This document shows positions 28,466 to 41,399 of a DNA stretch of 64,000 nt, one piece after another (position 1 is the stretch's first letter; every line of letters begins with the position of its first letter). Under the pieces are notes generated by a model that was given only the letters and a program-made list of their open reading frames with translations, ran no database searches and was not told the origin of the DNA. The translations under genes were made by a program, and so were the position numbers. Source of the DNA: an uncultured Roseateles sp. (GTDB lineage Bacteria; Pseudomonadota; Gammaproteobacteria; Burkholderiales; Burkholderiaceae_C); contig CAMFJS010000017.1 in assembly GCA_945956965.1 (NCBI GenBank), positions 1,644-65,643 of the forward strand, written 5' to 3'.

Positions 28466-30420
28466 TCCCCGAACTCGGACATCTCGCCCTCTGGCTGGCC
28501 CTGGGCGTAGCCCAGCTGCTGGCCGGGCTGCCGGTGCTGGGCGCACAGCGTCAACGCGCCGACTGGATGGCTCTGGACCGGCCCTTGACCCTGGCCTTGG
28601 CCGCCCTGGTGGGCCTGGGCTATCTGGCCTTGACCCAGGCTTTTGTGGCCAGCGATTTCTCGGTCGCCTATGTGGCCCAGCATTCCAACCGCGAGCTGCC
28701 CCTGGCCTACCGCATCGCCGCGGTCTGGGGCGGGCATGAGGGCTCGATGTTGCTGTGGGTGGCGCTGCTGGTGGCCTGGACCCTGGCCGTCGCGGCCGCC
28801 GGCCGGCAGCTGCCGGCGCCGCTGCGCGCGCGGGTGCTGGGCGTGCTGGGCGCGCTGGCGGCCGGCTTCCTGGTCTTTCTGCTCGTCACCTCCAATCCTT
28901 TTGCCCGGCTGGTGCCCGGCCTGCCCGAGGGCCGCGACCTGAACCCGCTGCTGCAGGACCCCGGCATGGTGCTGCACCCACCCATGCTGTATATGGGCTA
29001 TGTCGGCTTCGCCGTGGCCTTCGCCTTCGCCATCGCGGCCTTGGCCGGCGGCGAGCTCAACGCCGCCTGGGCGCGCTTCGCCCGGCCCTGGACCAGCGCC
29101 GCCTGGGCCTTTCTGACCCTGGGCATCGCCCTGGGCAGCTGGTGGGCCTACTACGAGCTCGGTTGGGGCGGCTGGTGGTTCTGGGACCCGGTCGAGAACG
29201 CCAGCTTCATGCCCTGGCTGGCCGGCACAGCCTTGCTGCACTCGCTGGCAGTCAGCGAGAAGCGCGGTGTCTTCAAGGCCTGGACGGTGCTGCTGGCCAT
29301 CGTCACGTTCTCGCTGTCCCTGCTGGGCACCTTTCTGGTTCGCTCGGGCGTGCTCAGCTCGGTCCATGCTTTTGCCACCGACCCGCAGCGCGGCCTGGCC
29401 ATCCTGATCTTTCTGGTGCTGGTGGTGGGTGGCTCGCTAAGCCTGTATGCGGCGCGTGCCAGCGCGGTCGGCCTGGGGGCGCGCTTCCACTGGCGCAGCC
29501 GCGAAACCACGCTGCTGGCCAACAATGTGATGCTGCTGGCCGCCTGCGGCGCAGTGCTGCTGGGCACGCTCTACCCGATGGCGCTGGACGCCGTCAGCGG
29601 ACAGAAGATCTCGGTCGGCCCGCCCTATTTCGAGGCCGTGTTCGTGCCGCTGATGGCACCGGTGATTCTGCTGATGGGCCTGGGGCCGCTGCTACGCTGG
29701 AAGGGCATGGACAGCGCCGAACTGTTGCGCCGGCTGCGTTGGCCGCTGCTGCTGAGCCCGCTGGCTGCCGGCGCCCATGGCTGGGCCACGGCGCAGCTGA
29801 GCCTGGCCGCCTGGGGCGGCCTCTTGCTGGCCTGGTGGGTGCTGGTGTCGGTGGCGCTGGAGCTGGGTGAACGCCTGTGGCCGAGGACGGGTCTGGGCCA
29901 GGGCGCTTGGGCGCGTGCGCGCGCCTTGCCGCGCTCGGCTGCCGCCATGCTGCTGGCTCATGCCGGCGTCGGCGTCTTCATCATCGGCGTCACCCTGGTC
30001 GGCAGCCTGGCCCTGAGCCAGGACCTGCCGCTGCAGCGCGGCGAGAGCGCCCGCCTGGGCGAGCACAGCTTCCGCCTGACTGAGCTGCGGGCCGTGGACG
30101 GCCCCAACTACCGCGCCATGCGCGGCACGGTGGAAGTCACACGCGAGGGCCGGACTGTGGCCACCCTGTACCCTGAGAAGCGGCTCTACCGCAGCCAGGA
30201 GATGCCCATGACCGAAGCCGGCATCGCCAGCGGCCTGCTGCGCGACCTCTACGTCTCGCTGAGCGAGCCGATCAATGAGCAGGCCGATGCCTGGATCGTC
30301 CACATCACCATCAAGCCCTACGTCAACTGGATCTGGGGCGGCTGCCTGCTGATGGGCTTGGGCGGCCTGCTGGCCGCCAGCGACCGGCGCTACCGCCAAC
30401 GAGCAAGCGCACGCCCATGA
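28462..30420 (+). CDS. ccmF: cytochrome c haem lyase CcmF
   Basis: 652 aa polytopic protein. GTG start overlaps the ccmE stop (GTGA). WWD-type motif [14 protein letters not shown]. Confidence 0.94.
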   Translation: MIPELGHLALWLALGVAQLLAGLPVLGAQRQRADWMALDRPLTLALAALVGLGYLALTQAFVASDFSVAYVAQHSNRELPLAYRIAAVWGGHEGSMLLWVALLVAWTLAVAAAGRQLPAPLRARVLGVLGALAAGFLVFLLVTSNPFARLVPGLPEGRDLNPLLQDPGMVLHPPMLYMGYVGFAVAFAFAIAALAGGELNAAWARFARPWTSAAWAFLTLGIALGSWWAYYELGWGGWWFWDPVENASFMPWLAGTALLHSLAVSEKRGVFKAWTVLLAIVTFSLSLLGTFLVRSGVLSSVHAFATDPQRGLAILIFLVLVVGGSLSLYAARASAVGLGARFHWRSRETTLLANNVMLLAACGAVLLGTLYPMALDAVSGQKISVGPPYFEAVFVPLMAPVILLMGLGPLLRWKGMDSAELLRRLRWPLLLSPLAAGAHGWATAQLSLAAWGGLLLAWWVLVSVALELGERLWPRTGLGQGAWARARALPRSAAAMLLAHAGVGVFIIGVTLVGSLALSQDLPLQRGESARLGEHSFRLTELRAVDGPNYRAMRGTVEVTREGRTVATLYPEKRLYRSQEMPMTEAGIASGLLRDLYVSLSEPINEQADAWIVHITIKPYVNWIWGGCLLMGLGGLLAASDRRYRQRASARP

Positions 30421-30941
30421 AGCTCAAAGCGCTGATCCCCTTGCTGGGCTTTGCCGTGCTGGCCCTGTTCCTGGCGCGCGGCCTGCAGCTGAAGCCGCGC
30501 GAGATCCCCTCGCCGCTGATCGGCAAGCCGGTGCCGGCCTTTGTGCTGCCGCCCTTGCTGGACGGCGGCGCGCCGCTGAGCTCGGCTGACATGACGGGCA
30601 AAATCAGCGTACTCAATGTCTGGGCATCCTGGTGCGGCCCCTGCCGCGAGGAGCACCCGCTGCTGCTGGACCTGGCACGGCGCCGGCCGGAGTTGCAGCT
30701 GCTGGGCCTGAACTACAAGGACGAGCCGGCTCAGGCCACCCGCTGGCTGAAAGAGCTGGGCAACCCCTACCGCGCCATCGGCTCGGACACGCACGGCCAG
30801 GTCGGCATCGACCTGGGCGTCTACGGGGTGCCCGAGACCTTTGTGATCGACCGCCAGGGCCTGATTCGCTACAAGCATGTCGGCCCGCTGACGGCCGAGC
30901 TGCTGCGCGACACCCTGGAACCCTTGCTGGACCGCCTATGA
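30417..30941 (+). CDS. ccmG: thiol:disulfide oxidoreductase CcmG/DsbE
   Basis: Thioredoxin motif WASWCGPCREE. ATGA overlap with ccmF. Confidence 0.92.
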   Translation: MKLKALIPLLGFAVLALFLARGLQLKPREIPSPLIGKPVPAFVLPPLLDGGAPLSSADMTGKISVLNVWASWCGPCREEHPLLLDLARRRPELQLLGLNYKDEPAQATRWLKELGNPYRAIGSDTHGQVGIDLGVYGVPETFVIDRQGLIRYKHVGPLTAELLRDTLEPLLDRL

Positions 30942-31396
30942 GACCCCTGCCTGCGTGTCTGCTTGCTTGCCTCATGCTGCTGAGCCTCGGCGCCATGTCT
31001 TTCGCCCAGGCCGAGCCCGCCTCTGCCAAGCCCATCGCTGTCGAGCTGGACCGCCGCGCCCAGGACCTGGCCCAGCAGCTGCGCTGCCTGGTCTGCCAGA
31101 ACCAGACCATCGCCGACTCCCATGCGCCGCTGGCCATGGACTTGAAAGTCCAGCTGCGTGAGCAGCTGCAGGCCGGCCGCCGGGACGAAGAAATCATCCA
31201 CTACATGACCGAGCGCTACGGCGACTTCGTGCTCTACAAGCCGCCGCTGCAAGCCAACACCTGGCTGCTCTGGGCCGGCCCGGCCCTGCTGATGGCCGCC
31301 GCCCTGGCCGGCCTGGTGCTGAACCTGCGCCGCCGGGCACGCCAGCCCGATGAAGCCTTTGAGGCAGCGCCCGAAGAGGAGGGGGACATCCGATGA
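30938..31396 (+). CDS. ccmH: CcmH
   Basis: ATG 30938 overlaps the ccmG stop. Signal peptide, LRCLVCQNQ motif and a C-terminal TM. Confidence 0.9.
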   Translation: MRPLPACLLACLMLLSLGAMSFAQAEPASAKPIAVELDRRAQDLAQQLRCLVCQNQTIADSHAPLAMDLKVQLREQLQAGRRDEEIIHYMTERYGDFVLYKPPLQANTWLLWAGPALLMAAALAGLVLNLRRRARQPDEAFEAAPEEEGDIR

Positions 31397-32127
31397 GCTG
31401 GCCCACGCAAGAACAGCAGGAGGATCTGCAAGCGCTACGCCGCCAAGGCCTGGCCCTGCAAGCCCAGCTGAACGGTAGCGCCACGGCCAGCAACGCCGAA
31501 GACCAGGGCGCGCTGCAAACCCGGCTGGACCGGCTGCGCCAGGAGATCGCCGACCAGGTGCTGGCGCCGCCGCCCGCGCCGCTGCCGCGTCCATCGCGTC
31601 ACCTTCTCGCTGCCTGCGTGAGCCTGGTGCTGCTCGTCGGCGCGGGCGGCTATGCCTGGAAAGGTCAGCCCGAGGCCATCTCGCCCGAGGCACCGCCGGA
31701 CCGCACCGAGGCCATGGTCGCGGGCCTGGCCCGGCGCCTGCAGCAGCAGCCCGAGGACGCCGCCGGCTGGGCCATGCTGGGCCGTTCCTACCTGGTGCTG
31801 GGCCGCAGCGAACCCTCGATCGCCGCCTACCGCCGCGCCCTGGCCCTGCGGCCCGACGATGCCGACCTGATGGCCGATCTGGCCGATGTCCTGGCCAGCG
31901 GCCAAAAGGGCTCGCTGGAGGGCGAGCCGGCGGCCTTGTTGCAGCGCGCGCTGCAGATCGCGCCCGATCATCTGAAGGCCCTGGCACTGTCCGGCACCCG
32001 CGCCCTGCGCCAAGGTGACGCGGCCGGTGCGATTCGCCATTGGCAGCGCCTGCAAGACCTGGCCCCAGCCGAGCACCCATTGCGCGAGCTGGCGGCCCGG
32101 GGTTTGGCCGAGGCCGCCAAACGTTGA
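31393..32127 (+). CDS. ccmI: CcmI/CycH-like TPR protein
   Basis: ATGA overlap with ccmH. One TM followed by TPR-like repeats (GWAMLGRSYLVLGR...AIAAYRRALALRPDD). Confidence 0.8.
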   Translation: MSWPTQEQQEDLQALRRQGLALQAQLNGSATASNAEDQGALQTRLDRLRQEIADQVLAPPPAPLPRPSRHLLAACVSLVLLVGAGGYAWKGQPEAISPEAPPDRTEAMVAGLARRLQQQPEDAAGWAMLGRSYLVLGRSEPSIAAYRRALALRPDDADLMADLADVLASGQKGSLEGEPAALLQRALQIAPDHLKALALSGTRALRQGDAAGAIRHWQRLQDLAPAEHPLRELAARGLAEAAKR

Positions 32128-32151
32128 AATTAAGCGCATACCCTCAAATCC

Positions 32152-32165
32152 TTGATGTGCCTCAA
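32152..32165. promoter_or_regulatory. CRP/FNR-family box upstream of napD
   Basis: TTGATGTGCCTCAA with flanks CC...GC. Centre is 65.5 bp upstream of ATG 32224. Confidence 0.65.
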
Positions 32166-32223
32166 GCCGACTTTGGCCACAGCAGCGCAGACTGCAGAGT
32201 TTTCAGATCATCAGGAGCGCGCA

Positions 32224-32535
32224 ATGAGTGTCTTGGGAGTGGTACTTCGGATACGCCCCGAACATCTTGAGACTGTGCTCGCACGGCTGGTCGGCATGGC
32301 CGGAGTGGACATCAGCCATAACCCGGGCGATGGTCGCTTGGTGTTGGTGATGGAGGACGTCGCAGAGGCTTCGGCCGCGGCCCAGCTGGGTGCCATGGCG
32401 CTCTGGCCCGATGTGCTGGGCACCTCCTTGGTCTACGAGTACAGCGGTCCTGACGCCCCCGCACCTCTCGCCCACCATGAGGCGGCGCAGGGCTGGCGCA
32501 CCCGGCTGACCGAGCTGGATACCCCGATTTCTTGA
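32224..32535 (+). CDS. napD: NapD chaperone
   Basis: 103 aa from ATG 32224 with AGGAG upstream. Begins with the NapD-like VLGVVLRIRPEH... Confidence 0.8.
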   Translation: MSVLGVVLRIRPEHLETVLARLVGMAGVDISHNPGDGRLVLVMEDVAEASAAAQLGAMALWPDVLGTSLVYEYSGPDAPAPLAHHEAAQGWRTRLTELDTPIS

Positions 32536-32639
32536 AGCAAGTCAAGGCGCGAGATCCGATCGCGCGCGACACTTCTCCCCATCTTTGCCCTCAGTTCAAG
32601 GCCCCCGCATCTGGCGTGTGAGGCCCGCAGGAGTAACCC

Positions 32640-35186
32640 ATGCAAGTCGATCGTCGCGACATTCTGAAAATGCAGGCAGCTGCTGCCGCTGCCGCCGCCG
32701 CCGGCATCCCCATCGCAGTCCACGGTGCCGCCCCTAAGCAATCGCAGGTCAGCAGCGCCGTACGCTGGGACAAAGCACCCTGCCGCTTCTGCGGCACCGG
32801 CTGCTCCGTCGTGGTGGGCGTGCAGGGCGACAAGGTCGTGGCCACCCAGGGCGATGTCGAGAGTCCGGTGAACAGAGGCCTGAATTGCATCAAGGGCTAC
32901 TTCCTGTCCAAAATCATGTACGGCAAGGATCGCCTGACCACGCCGCTGCTGCGCAAGAAGAACGGCGTCTACGACAAGGAAGGCGAGTTCACGCCCATCA
33001 GCTGGGACGAGGCCTTCGACCTGATGGCCAGCAAGTGGAAAGAGGCGCTGAAGACCGACGGCCCGAACGGCATCGCCATGTTCGGCTCCGGCCAGTGGAC
33101 GATCTGGGAAGGCTATGCCGCCGCCAAGCTCTGGAAGGCGGGCTTTCGCTCCAACAACCTGGACCCCAATGCTCGCCACTGCATGGCCAGCGCGGTCACC
33201 GGCTTCATGCGAACCTTCGGCATCGACGAGCCCATGGGCTGCTACGACGACATCGAGCAGGCCGATGCCTTTGTGCTCTGGGGCAGCAATATGGCCGAGA
33301 TGCACCCCATTCTGTGGAGCCGCATCACCGACCGCCGCCTCAGCCACCCGGACACCAAGGTGGCCGTGCTCTCGACCTATGAGCACCGCAGCTTCGACCT
33401 GGCCGACCAGCCCATCATCTTCAAGCCGCAGACCGATCTGGCGATCCTGAACTACATCGCCCACTACCTGATCAAGAACAACAAGGTCAACAAAGAGTTC
33501 GTCAAGAACCACGTCAACTTCAAGAAGGGTGCCGACGACATCGGCTACGGCCTGCGCCCGGCCCATGCACTGGAAAAAGACGCCAAGAGCAATGGCTACC
33601 CCGGCGCCGACGGCAAACCCAAGGGCAACCCCAACGACGCCACACCGATTAGCTTCGAGGAGTTCGGCAAGTTCGTCGCCGACTACACGGCCGAAAAAGT
33701 CAGCGCGCTGTCGGGCGTGCCGGTCAAGCAACTGGAAGACCTAGCCAAGCTCTATGCCGACCCCAAAGTCAAGGTGGTGTCCTTCTGGACCATGGGCTTC
33801 AATCAGCACACCCGTGGCACCTGGGCCAACAATATGGTCTACAACATCCACCTGCTGACCGGCAAGATCAGCCAGCCCGGCAACAGCCCCTTCAGCCTGA
33901 CCGGCCAGCCCAGCGCCTGCGGCACGGCGCGCGAGGTTGGCACCTTTGCCCACCGCCTGCCGGCGGACATGGTGGTCACCAACCCCGAGCACCGCAAGCA
34001 CACAGAGGAAATCTGGCAGCTGCCCGACGGCACCATCCCTGACAAGGTGGGCCTGCACGCGGTGGCGCAGAGCCGCGCGCTCAAGGACGGCAAGCTCAAG
34101 TGCTACTGGGTCACGACCAACAACAATATGCAGGCCGGGCCGAACATCAACGGTGAGATCCTGCCTGGCTGGCGCAACCCCAAGGCTTTCGTGGTGGTCA
34201 GCGACCCCTATCCCACCGTCAGCGCCATGGCGGCCGACCTGATCTTGCCCGCCGCCATGTGGGTCGAGAAGGAAGGCGCTTTTGGCAACGCCGAGCGCCG
34301 CACCCAGGTCTGGCGCCAGCAGGTCAGCCCACCGGGCGAAGCCAAGAGCGACCTCTGGCAGTTCATCGAGTTCAGCAAGCGCTTCAAGATGGAAGAGGTC
34401 TGGCCGGCCGAGTTGCTGGCCAAGAAGCCCGAGTACAAGGGCAAGACGATGTTCGACGTGCTCTACAAGAATGGCAAGGTCAACAAGTTCCCGCTCGCCG
34501 ATGTAGGCCGCATCAATGGCAAGTACATCCCCGACTACATGAACAGCGAGTCCAAGGAGTTGGGCTTCTACCTGCAGAAGGGATTGTTCGAGGAGTACGC
34601 CGAATTCGGCCGCGGCCACGGTCATGACCTGGCCCCCTTTGACACCTATCACGAAGTGCGCGGCCTGCGCTGGCCCGTGGTCGACGGCAAGGAAACTCTG
34701 TGGCGCTTCCGCGAGGGCTACGACCCCTATGTCAAGAAGGGCGAGGGCGTGAAGTTCTACGGCCACAAGGATGGCAAGGCCGTGATCTTCGCCTTGCCTT
34801 ACCAGCCGCCGGCTGAGAGCCCGGACAAGGAGTTTGACCTTTGGCTGTGCACCGGCCGGGTGCTTGAGCACTGGCACACCGGCAGCATGACGCGGCGCGT
34901 GCCCGAGCTGCACCGTGCCGTGCCCGAGGCCCTGCTCTACATCCACCCCGACGATGCCAAGGATCGCGGCCTGCAGCGCGGCATGAAGGTCAAGGTGGCC
35001 TCACGCCGCGGCGAGATCACCTGCGCCGTCGAGACCAAGGGCCGCAACAAGGTGCCGCGCGGCTTGGTCTTCGTGCCCTTCTTCGACGAAGGCCGCTTGG
35101 TCAATAAGCTGACCCTGGACGCGACTTGCCCGATTTCCAAGGAGACCGACTTCAAGAAGTGCGCGGTCAAGGTCGTCAAGGCCTGA
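32640..35186 (+). CDS. napA: periplasmic nitrate reductase catalytic subunit
   Basis: 848 aa. Tat signal [18 protein letters not shown]. 4Fe-4S motif CRFCGTGC. Molybdopterin oxidoreductase throughout. Confidence 0.97.
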   Translation: MQVDRRDILKMQAAAAAAAAAGIPIAVHGAAPKQSQVSSAVRWDKAPCRFCGTGCSVVVGVQGDKVVATQGDVESPVNRGLNCIKGYFLSKIMYGKDRLTTPLLRKKNGVYDKEGEFTPISWDEAFDLMASKWKEALKTDGPNGIAMFGSGQWTIWEGYAAAKLWKAGFRSNNLDPNARHCMASAVTGFMRTFGIDEPMGCYDDIEQADAFVLWGSNMAEMHPILWSRITDRRLSHPDTKVAVLSTYEHRSFDLADQPIIFKPQTDLAILNYIAHYLIKNNKVNKEFVKNHVNFKKGADDIGYGLRPAHALEKDAKSNGYPGADGKPKGNPNDATPISFEEFGKFVADYTAEKVSALSGVPVKQLEDLAKLYADPKVKVVSFWTMGFNQHTRGTWANNMVYNIHLLTGKISQPGNSPFSLTGQPSACGTAREVGTFAHRLPADMVVTNPEHRKHTEEIWQLPDGTIPDKVGLHAVAQSRALKDGKLKCYWVTTNNNMQAGPNINGEILPGWRNPKAFVVVSDPYPTVSAMAADLILPAAMWVEKEGAFGNAERRTQVWRQQVSPPGEAKSDLWQFIEFSKRFKMEEVWPAELLAKKPEYKGKTMFDVLYKNGKVNKFPLADVGRINGKYIPDYMNSESKELGFYLQKGLFEEYAEFGRGHGHDLAPFDTYHEVRGLRWPVVDGKETLWRFREGYDPYVKKGEGVKFYGHKDGKAVIFALPYQPPAESPDKEFDLWLCTGRVLEHWHTGSMTRRVPELHRAVPEALLYIHPDDAKDRGLQRGMKVKVASRRGEITCAVETKGRNKVPRGLVFVPFFDEGRLVNKLTLDATCPISKETDFKKCAVKVVKA

Positions 35187-35216
35187 ATCTGAACTGAGTC
35201 GAGCCGGGGTGAACAC

Positions 35217-36014
35217 ATGAACCTGAGCCGCCGAGCGCTGCTGCAAGGCCTCAGCACCACCGCCAGCGCCGGACTTCTGGCTGGGGCGGCGGCCGTCCTC
35301 TCGCGCCCGACACAGGCGCACCCGGCCCAGGCACTGCGGCCGCCCGGCGCCCTGGCCGAGCCCGACTTCCTGGCCGCCTGCGTGCGCTGCGGCCTGTGCG
35401 TGCGTGCCTGCCCGCCGCACAACCTCAAGCTCAGCGAATGGGGCGCCGGCCTGGCCGCCGAGGTGGCGATCGGTACGCCCTTCTTCGAAGCGCGCGAGAT
35501 CCCTTGCGAAATGTGCGAGGACATCCCCTGCGTCAAGGCCTGCCCGACCGGTGCGCTCGACCCCGCCCTGCAAGACATCGCCGAGGCCCGCATGGGCCTG
35601 GCCGTGCTAATCGACCATGAGAGTTGCCTGAACTTCCTCGGCCTGCGCTGCGATGTCTGCTACCGAGTCTGCCCACTGATCGACAGCGCCATTTCGCTGG
35701 AAAAGCAAAGCAACCCACGCAGCGACCGCCACGCCATGCTGCTGCCCACGGTTCACGCCGAGGCCTGCACCGGCTGCGGCAAGTGCGAGCGCGCCTGCGT
35801 GTTGGAGCAGCCTGCCATCAAGGTGCTACCGCGCAAATTGGCGCAGGGCGAGCTGGGTCCACATTACCGCAAGGGCTGGGAGAACCAGAACCGCCAGGGT
35901 AAGCCTCGCTTCGCCCAGCCCGAGCAGCGACTGCCCGAAGGCGGCAGCGACATCGGCCCACTGCGCAGCGGTGCCCAGCCCTATGCCCCTGCCTCATCGG
36001 AGCCGCAGCGATGA
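35217..36014 (+). CDS. napG: NapG periplasmic ferredoxin
   Basis: Tat signal SRRALLQGL and four CxxCxxCxxxCP-type clusters. Confidence 0.9.
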   Translation: MNLSRRALLQGLSTTASAGLLAGAAAVLSRPTQAHPAQALRPPGALAEPDFLAACVRCGLCVRACPPHNLKLSEWGAGLAAEVAIGTPFFEAREIPCEMCEDIPCVKACPTGALDPALQDIAEARMGLAVLIDHESCLNFLGLRCDVCYRVCPLIDSAISLEKQSNPRSDRHAMLLPTVHAEACTGCGKCERACVLEQPAIKVLPRKLAQGELGPHYRKGWENQNRQGKPRFAQPEQRLPEGGSDIGPLRSGAQPYAPASSEPQR

Positions 36015-36877
36015 GCGCATCGAAGCTCGCCACAGGCCTGCCAGTACGCAGCCGCTGGGCCGCTCAGCGCTGGCTGATCCTGCGCCGCAGCAGCCAGCTG
36101 GGCGTGATCGGCCTCTTCTTGCTCGGCCCGCTGTTCGGCCTGTGGTGGGTCAAGGGCAATCTGGCCTCCAGCCTCACCTTCGATATGCTGCCGCTGAGCG
36201 ACCCTTTCGTGCTGGCCCAGAGCTTGCTCGCGGGCCTGCGGCATGGGCTTTGGCCTGCCGCCAGCGCCCTGATCGGTGCAGCCATCGTCCTGGCTTTTTA
36301 CGCCGTGCTTGCGGGCCGGGCCTATTGCGCCTGGGTCTGCCCGGTCAACGTGGTGACCGATGCGGCTGCCTGGCTGCGCCGGCGCCTGAAGATCAGCAGC
36401 GGCCGTGCCCCGAACCGCCAGGTACGCCACGCCTTGCTAGCCTGCGTGCTGCTGGCCTCAGCAGCCCTGGGCATACCCGCCTGGGAGCAGGTGAACCCGG
36501 TGACGCTGACCCAGCGTGCCCTGATCTTCGGCGGCAGTCTGGCCTGGGGCGCTCTGGCCGCCGTCTTCCTGTTCGACCTGCTGGTGGCGCCGCGCGGCTG
36601 GTGTGGCCATGTCTGCCCTATGGGCGCGGCCTACGCCTTGATTGGCGCCACACCACTGCTGCGCGTCTCAGCAGCTCACAGCAGCCGCTGCAATGACTGC
36701 GGCGATTGTTACGCCGTCTGCCCCGAGCCGCAGATCATCGTCGCCCCACTGAAAGCCAAGCAGGACGCCGGCCCCTTAATCCTTGCGTCCGACTGCACGG
36801 CCTGCGGTCGCTGCATCGATGTTTGCGACAGCTCCGTTTTCCGATTCACTCACCGTTTTGACACCCGAAGGGACTGA
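36011..36877 (+). CDS. napH: NapH membrane ferredoxin
   Basis: ATGA overlap with napG. Four TM segments with [10 protein letters not shown] and [10 protein letters not shown]. Two C-terminal 4Fe-4S motifs. Confidence 0.9.
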   Translation: MSASKLATGLPVRSRWAAQRWLILRRSSQLGVIGLFLLGPLFGLWWVKGNLASSLTFDMLPLSDPFVLAQSLLAGLRHGLWPAASALIGAAIVLAFYAVLAGRAYCAWVCPVNVVTDAAAWLRRRLKISSGRAPNRQVRHALLACVLLASAALGIPAWEQVNPVTLTQRALIFGGSLAWGALAAVFLFDLLVAPRGWCGHVCPMGAAYALIGATPLLRVSAAHSSRCNDCGDCYAVCPEPQIIVAPLKAKQDAGPLILASDCTACGRCIDVCDSSVFRFTHRFDTRRD

Positions 36878-36879
36878 CC

Positions 36880-37347
36880 ATGAAGATCCCCCACTTGCTC
36901 CGCCCCGCTCTGACACTGCTGCTGGCGTTTTCCGTATTCGCCGCCGGGCCGACAGTGGCTGCCGATAAGGCCGCGCCTGTGAAACTGGAAGGGCTGCGCC
37001 AAGGCACGCCCTTGAACCAGGACAACCCGCCCGCCAACAACCGCCAGGAGCGCGATCACCCCGTCGGTGAGCGCGACTTTGTGCAGATGCCACCGCTGAT
37101 CCCGCACACCATCAGCGGCTATCAGATCACCAAGAACTTCAATAAATGCATGGACTGCCACGCCTGGCAGAAGACCAAGGAGAGTGGTGCCACCAAGATC
37201 AGCGTCACCCACTTCAAGACACGCGACGGCATTGAGCTCGACTCCGTCAGCCCACGCCGCTACTTCTGCACCCAATGCCATGTGCCGCAGAGCGATGCCA
37301 AGCCTTTGGTGACCAACACCTATGAGCGTGCCAAGGGCATGAAGTGA
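36880..37347 (+). CDS. napB: NapB dihaem cytochrome c
   Basis: Signal peptide plus CMDCH and CTQCH. Confidence 0.92.
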   Translation: MKIPHLLRPALTLLLAFSVFAAGPTVAADKAAPVKLEGLRQGTPLNQDNPPANNRQERDHPVGERDFVQMPPLIPHTISGYQITKNFNKCMDCHAWQKTKESGATKISVTHFKTRDGIELDSVSPRRYFCTQCHVPQSDAKPLVTNTYERAKGMK

Positions 37348-37357
37348 GGAGCCCGCT

Positions 37358-37984
37358 GTGAAGAACCTGATCCGACGTGCCTGGGCCTTCGCCCACACCA
37401 AGCTGTTCTGGCTGCTAGCGTTCGCCTTTGCGGGCGGCGTTATTTTCTGGGGTGGCTTCAACACCGCCATGGAGTGGACCAACCGCGAGGCCTTCTGCAT
37501 CTCCTGTCATGAGATGGAGAAGAACGTCTATGTGGAGTACCGCAACACCATCCATTACCAGAACCGCACCGGCGTGCGCGCCACTTGCCCGGACTGCCAT
37601 GTGCCCAAGGAATGGGGGCCGAAGATGTGGCGCAAGATCCAGGCCTCCAACGAGGTGCTGCATAAGGTGCTGGGCTCGATCGACACGCCCGAGAAGTTCA
37701 ATGCCAAGCGGCCCATCTTGGCCCAACATGAGTGGGACCGCATGAAGGCCAATGACTCGCAGGAGTGCCGCAACTGCCACAACTTCAGCTATATGGACTA
37801 TGCGGAGCAGAACAGCCGTGCCGCGACCCGACACCAAGTGGCCTTCTCGGCCGGCCAGACCTGCATCGACTGCCACAAGGGCATCGCGCACACCTTACCG
37901 CCGATTGCCCAGCCGATTGGCGCTCACAAGGCCGGTGAAATCACCCTACCACCGGCCAGCGCTGCTTCAGGCTCGACGCATTGA
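37358..37984 (+). CDS. napC: NapC tetrahaem quinol dehydrogenase
   Basis: GTG start with GAGGA upstream. TM anchor. CISCH, CPDCH, CRNCH and CIDCH. Confidence 0.93.
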   Translation: MKNLIRRAWAFAHTKLFWLLAFAFAGGVIFWGGFNTAMEWTNREAFCISCHEMEKNVYVEYRNTIHYQNRTGVRATCPDCHVPKEWGPKMWRKIQASNEVLHKVLGSIDTPEKFNAKRPILAQHEWDRMKANDSQECRNCHNFSYMDYAEQNSRAATRHQVAFSAGQTCIDCHKGIAHTLPPIAQPIGAHKAGEITLPPASAASGSTH

Positions 37985-38440
37985 AACCGCGCCCGAGGGG
38001 CAGACCCCGACGCAGGCGCCGCAAGCGGTGCAGGCACTCGGGCTTACCTCGGGTTGGGCCACGCCACCCAGGCGTGGCCTGAAGCGAATCGCAGCGGCGT
38101 CACAGGCCTCGCCGCAGACCCGGCATTCCACGCCTTTCTGGGCCAGGCATTGGGCTCCGATCTGGGCCAGCCAGTCGCGAAACAGCAGCGGTGGGCGCAG
38201 TGCTGACGCCGTGCAGGCCGGTATGCAGGCCCCGCAAGCGTCACAGCCGGCACCACTGAAGTCCATTTCAGGAAAACCTCCATCGCCACGCCGGATGACG
38301 CCGGCCGGGCAGGCCTTGATGCAGGCGTCGCAGCGCGTACAGCTGGCGAGAAAGGCTGGCTCGGCCACGGCACCGGGTGGCCTCTGAACAGCCACCCGTG
38401 CCTTGGAGGGACGAAAAAGAAAGCGACGACCAGGATCCAT
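37967..38440 (-). CDS. napF: NapF cytoplasmic iron-sulfur protein
   Basis: 157 aa from ATG 38440. Begins MDPGRRFLFRP...RPPGAVAEPAFLASCTRCDACIKACP, colinear with the E. coli NapF N-terminus as I recall it. Further clusters CDACGACIPAC, CRVCGEAC and CTACGACVGVCP. The upstream in-frame ATG 38524 has poor codon bias. The 3' end overlaps napC by 18 nt. Confidence 0.85.
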   Translation of the reverse strand: MDPGRRFLFRPSKARVAVQRPPGAVAEPAFLASCTRCDACIKACPAGVIRRGDGGFPEMDFSGAGCDACGACIPACTASALRPPLLFRDWLAQIGAQCLAQKGVECRVCGEACDAAAIRFRPRLGGVAQPEVSPSACTACGACVGVCPSGAVSMRRA

Positions 38441-38474
38441 GCGCGCATTGTGCTGCGCCCGCGCGCCCGCCGCC

Positions 38475-38488
38475 TTATTCGACATCAA
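38475..38488. promoter_or_regulatory. CRP/FNR-family box in the divergent napF / mobB region
   Basis: TTATTCGACATCAA with flanks CC...GG. Centre is 41.5 bp from napF ATG 38440 and 48.5 bp from mobB ATG 38530. CACAAT lies at -12..-7 relative to the napF ATG. Confidence 0.55.
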
Positions 38489-38529
38489 GGCAAGTACATT
38501 CCCATGACTCTTTGCAGCGAACATCTCCC

Positions 38530-39033
38530 ATGAAAGTTTTTGGCATTACTGGCCGGTCCGGCATGGGGAAGACCACCTTGCTGGAACGCCTGATTCCAGC
38601 GCTGCGCACCCGCGGCCTGCGTGTTTCGCTGATCAAGCACAGCCACAAGGACATTGAAGTCGACCGCCCGGGCAAGGACAGCCATCGCCTGCGCGAAGCC
38701 GGCTGCCAGGAGGTGCTCCTGCTAGGCCGCACGCGTTGGGCCCTGATGCACGAGCTGCGCGGCGGTGCCGAGCCGGATCTGGACTACCTCCTCAGCCGCA
38801 TCCAGGACTGCGACCTGGTCCTGGTCGAGGGCTTCAAGGGCGGCGACTTCCCCAAGCTGGAGGTCTGGCGGGCGGCCGTGGGCAAGCCCATGCTCTGGCC
38901 CGAGTGGCCGGGCATCGTGGCGATGGTGGGCGATGCGCCAGACCTCGCCGGCGCGCCGCCCCACTTCAGCGCGGCCGAGCTGGCGCCTCTGGTGGAGCTG
39001 GTCTTGCAAGAGGCGCGGGCGGTCGGCGCCTGA
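38530..39033 (+). CDS. mobB: molybdopterin-guanine dinucleotide biosynthesis adapter MobB
   Basis: 167 aa from ATG 38530. P-loop GRSGMGKTT. ...IKHSHKD...VEGFK motifs. Confidence 0.88.
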   Translation: MKVFGITGRSGMGKTTLLERLIPALRTRGLRVSLIKHSHKDIEVDRPGKDSHRLREAGCQEVLLLGRTRWALMHELRGGAEPDLDYLLSRIQDCDLVLVEGFKGGDFPKLEVWRAAVGKPMLWPEWPGIVAMVGDAPDLAGAPPHFSAAELAPLVELVLQEARAVGA

Positions 39034-39111
39034 GGCGGCTGGAACCACGAAGTAAATGGGCGCCCATAGCTTTCCTAGGCGCCCATCTGGCTGACTGAGG
39101 TCTTGGTCAGC

Positions 39112-39423
39112 TCATTGCTTGAGGATCCATCCCACCCCCTCCTTGAGGTCGGCATCGCTGATTTTCTCGGGCGGATTGGGCGGCATGGGGATGGGGCCGA
39201 AAACGCCCTTGCCACCGCTGCGCACCTTCTGCGCCAACGCGGCTGAGGCGTCCTGACCCTTGTATTTGGCGGCAATGTCCTTGAAGGACGGGCCGACCAG
39301 CTTCTTGTCCTTGGCATGGCAGGCCATGCAGCCGGCCTTGTTGAGCGCCGCTTCGTCGGCTTGCACGGCCGAAGCACTCAAGAGGGCGACACTTGCCATG
39401 GCGATGATGGACGCGATTCGCAT
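39112..39423 (-). CDS. nirM: cytochrome c551/c552 (electron donor to NirS)
   Basis: 103 aa with a signal peptide, CMACH and AAGGAG RBS. Lies immediately downstream of nirS. Confidence 0.88.
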   Translation of the reverse strand: MRIASIIAMASVALLSASAVQADEAALNKAGCMACHAKDKKLVGPSFKDIAAKYKGQDASAALAQKVRSGGKGVFGPIPMPPNPPEKISDADLKEGVGWILKQ

Positions 39424-39482
39424 GATTCATAACTCCTTGGGTCATGGGCCCCACCGCCATCGGGCAGCGGGGCCGCTTGAGA

Positions 39483-41352
<1,870 letters not shown>

Positions 41353-41385
41353 GGACAGACACGAAGCCACGCATCGCCACCACGC

Positions 41386-41399
41386 TTGACCGAACTCAA
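41386..41399. promoter_or_regulatory. second CRP/FNR-type box in the nirS / regulator intergenic region
   Basis: TTGACCGAACTCAA with flanks GC...GC, 47 bp centre-to-centre from the first box. The target gene is unclear: nirS at 146.5 bp, or the divergent regulator at ~360 bp. Confidence 0.45.
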
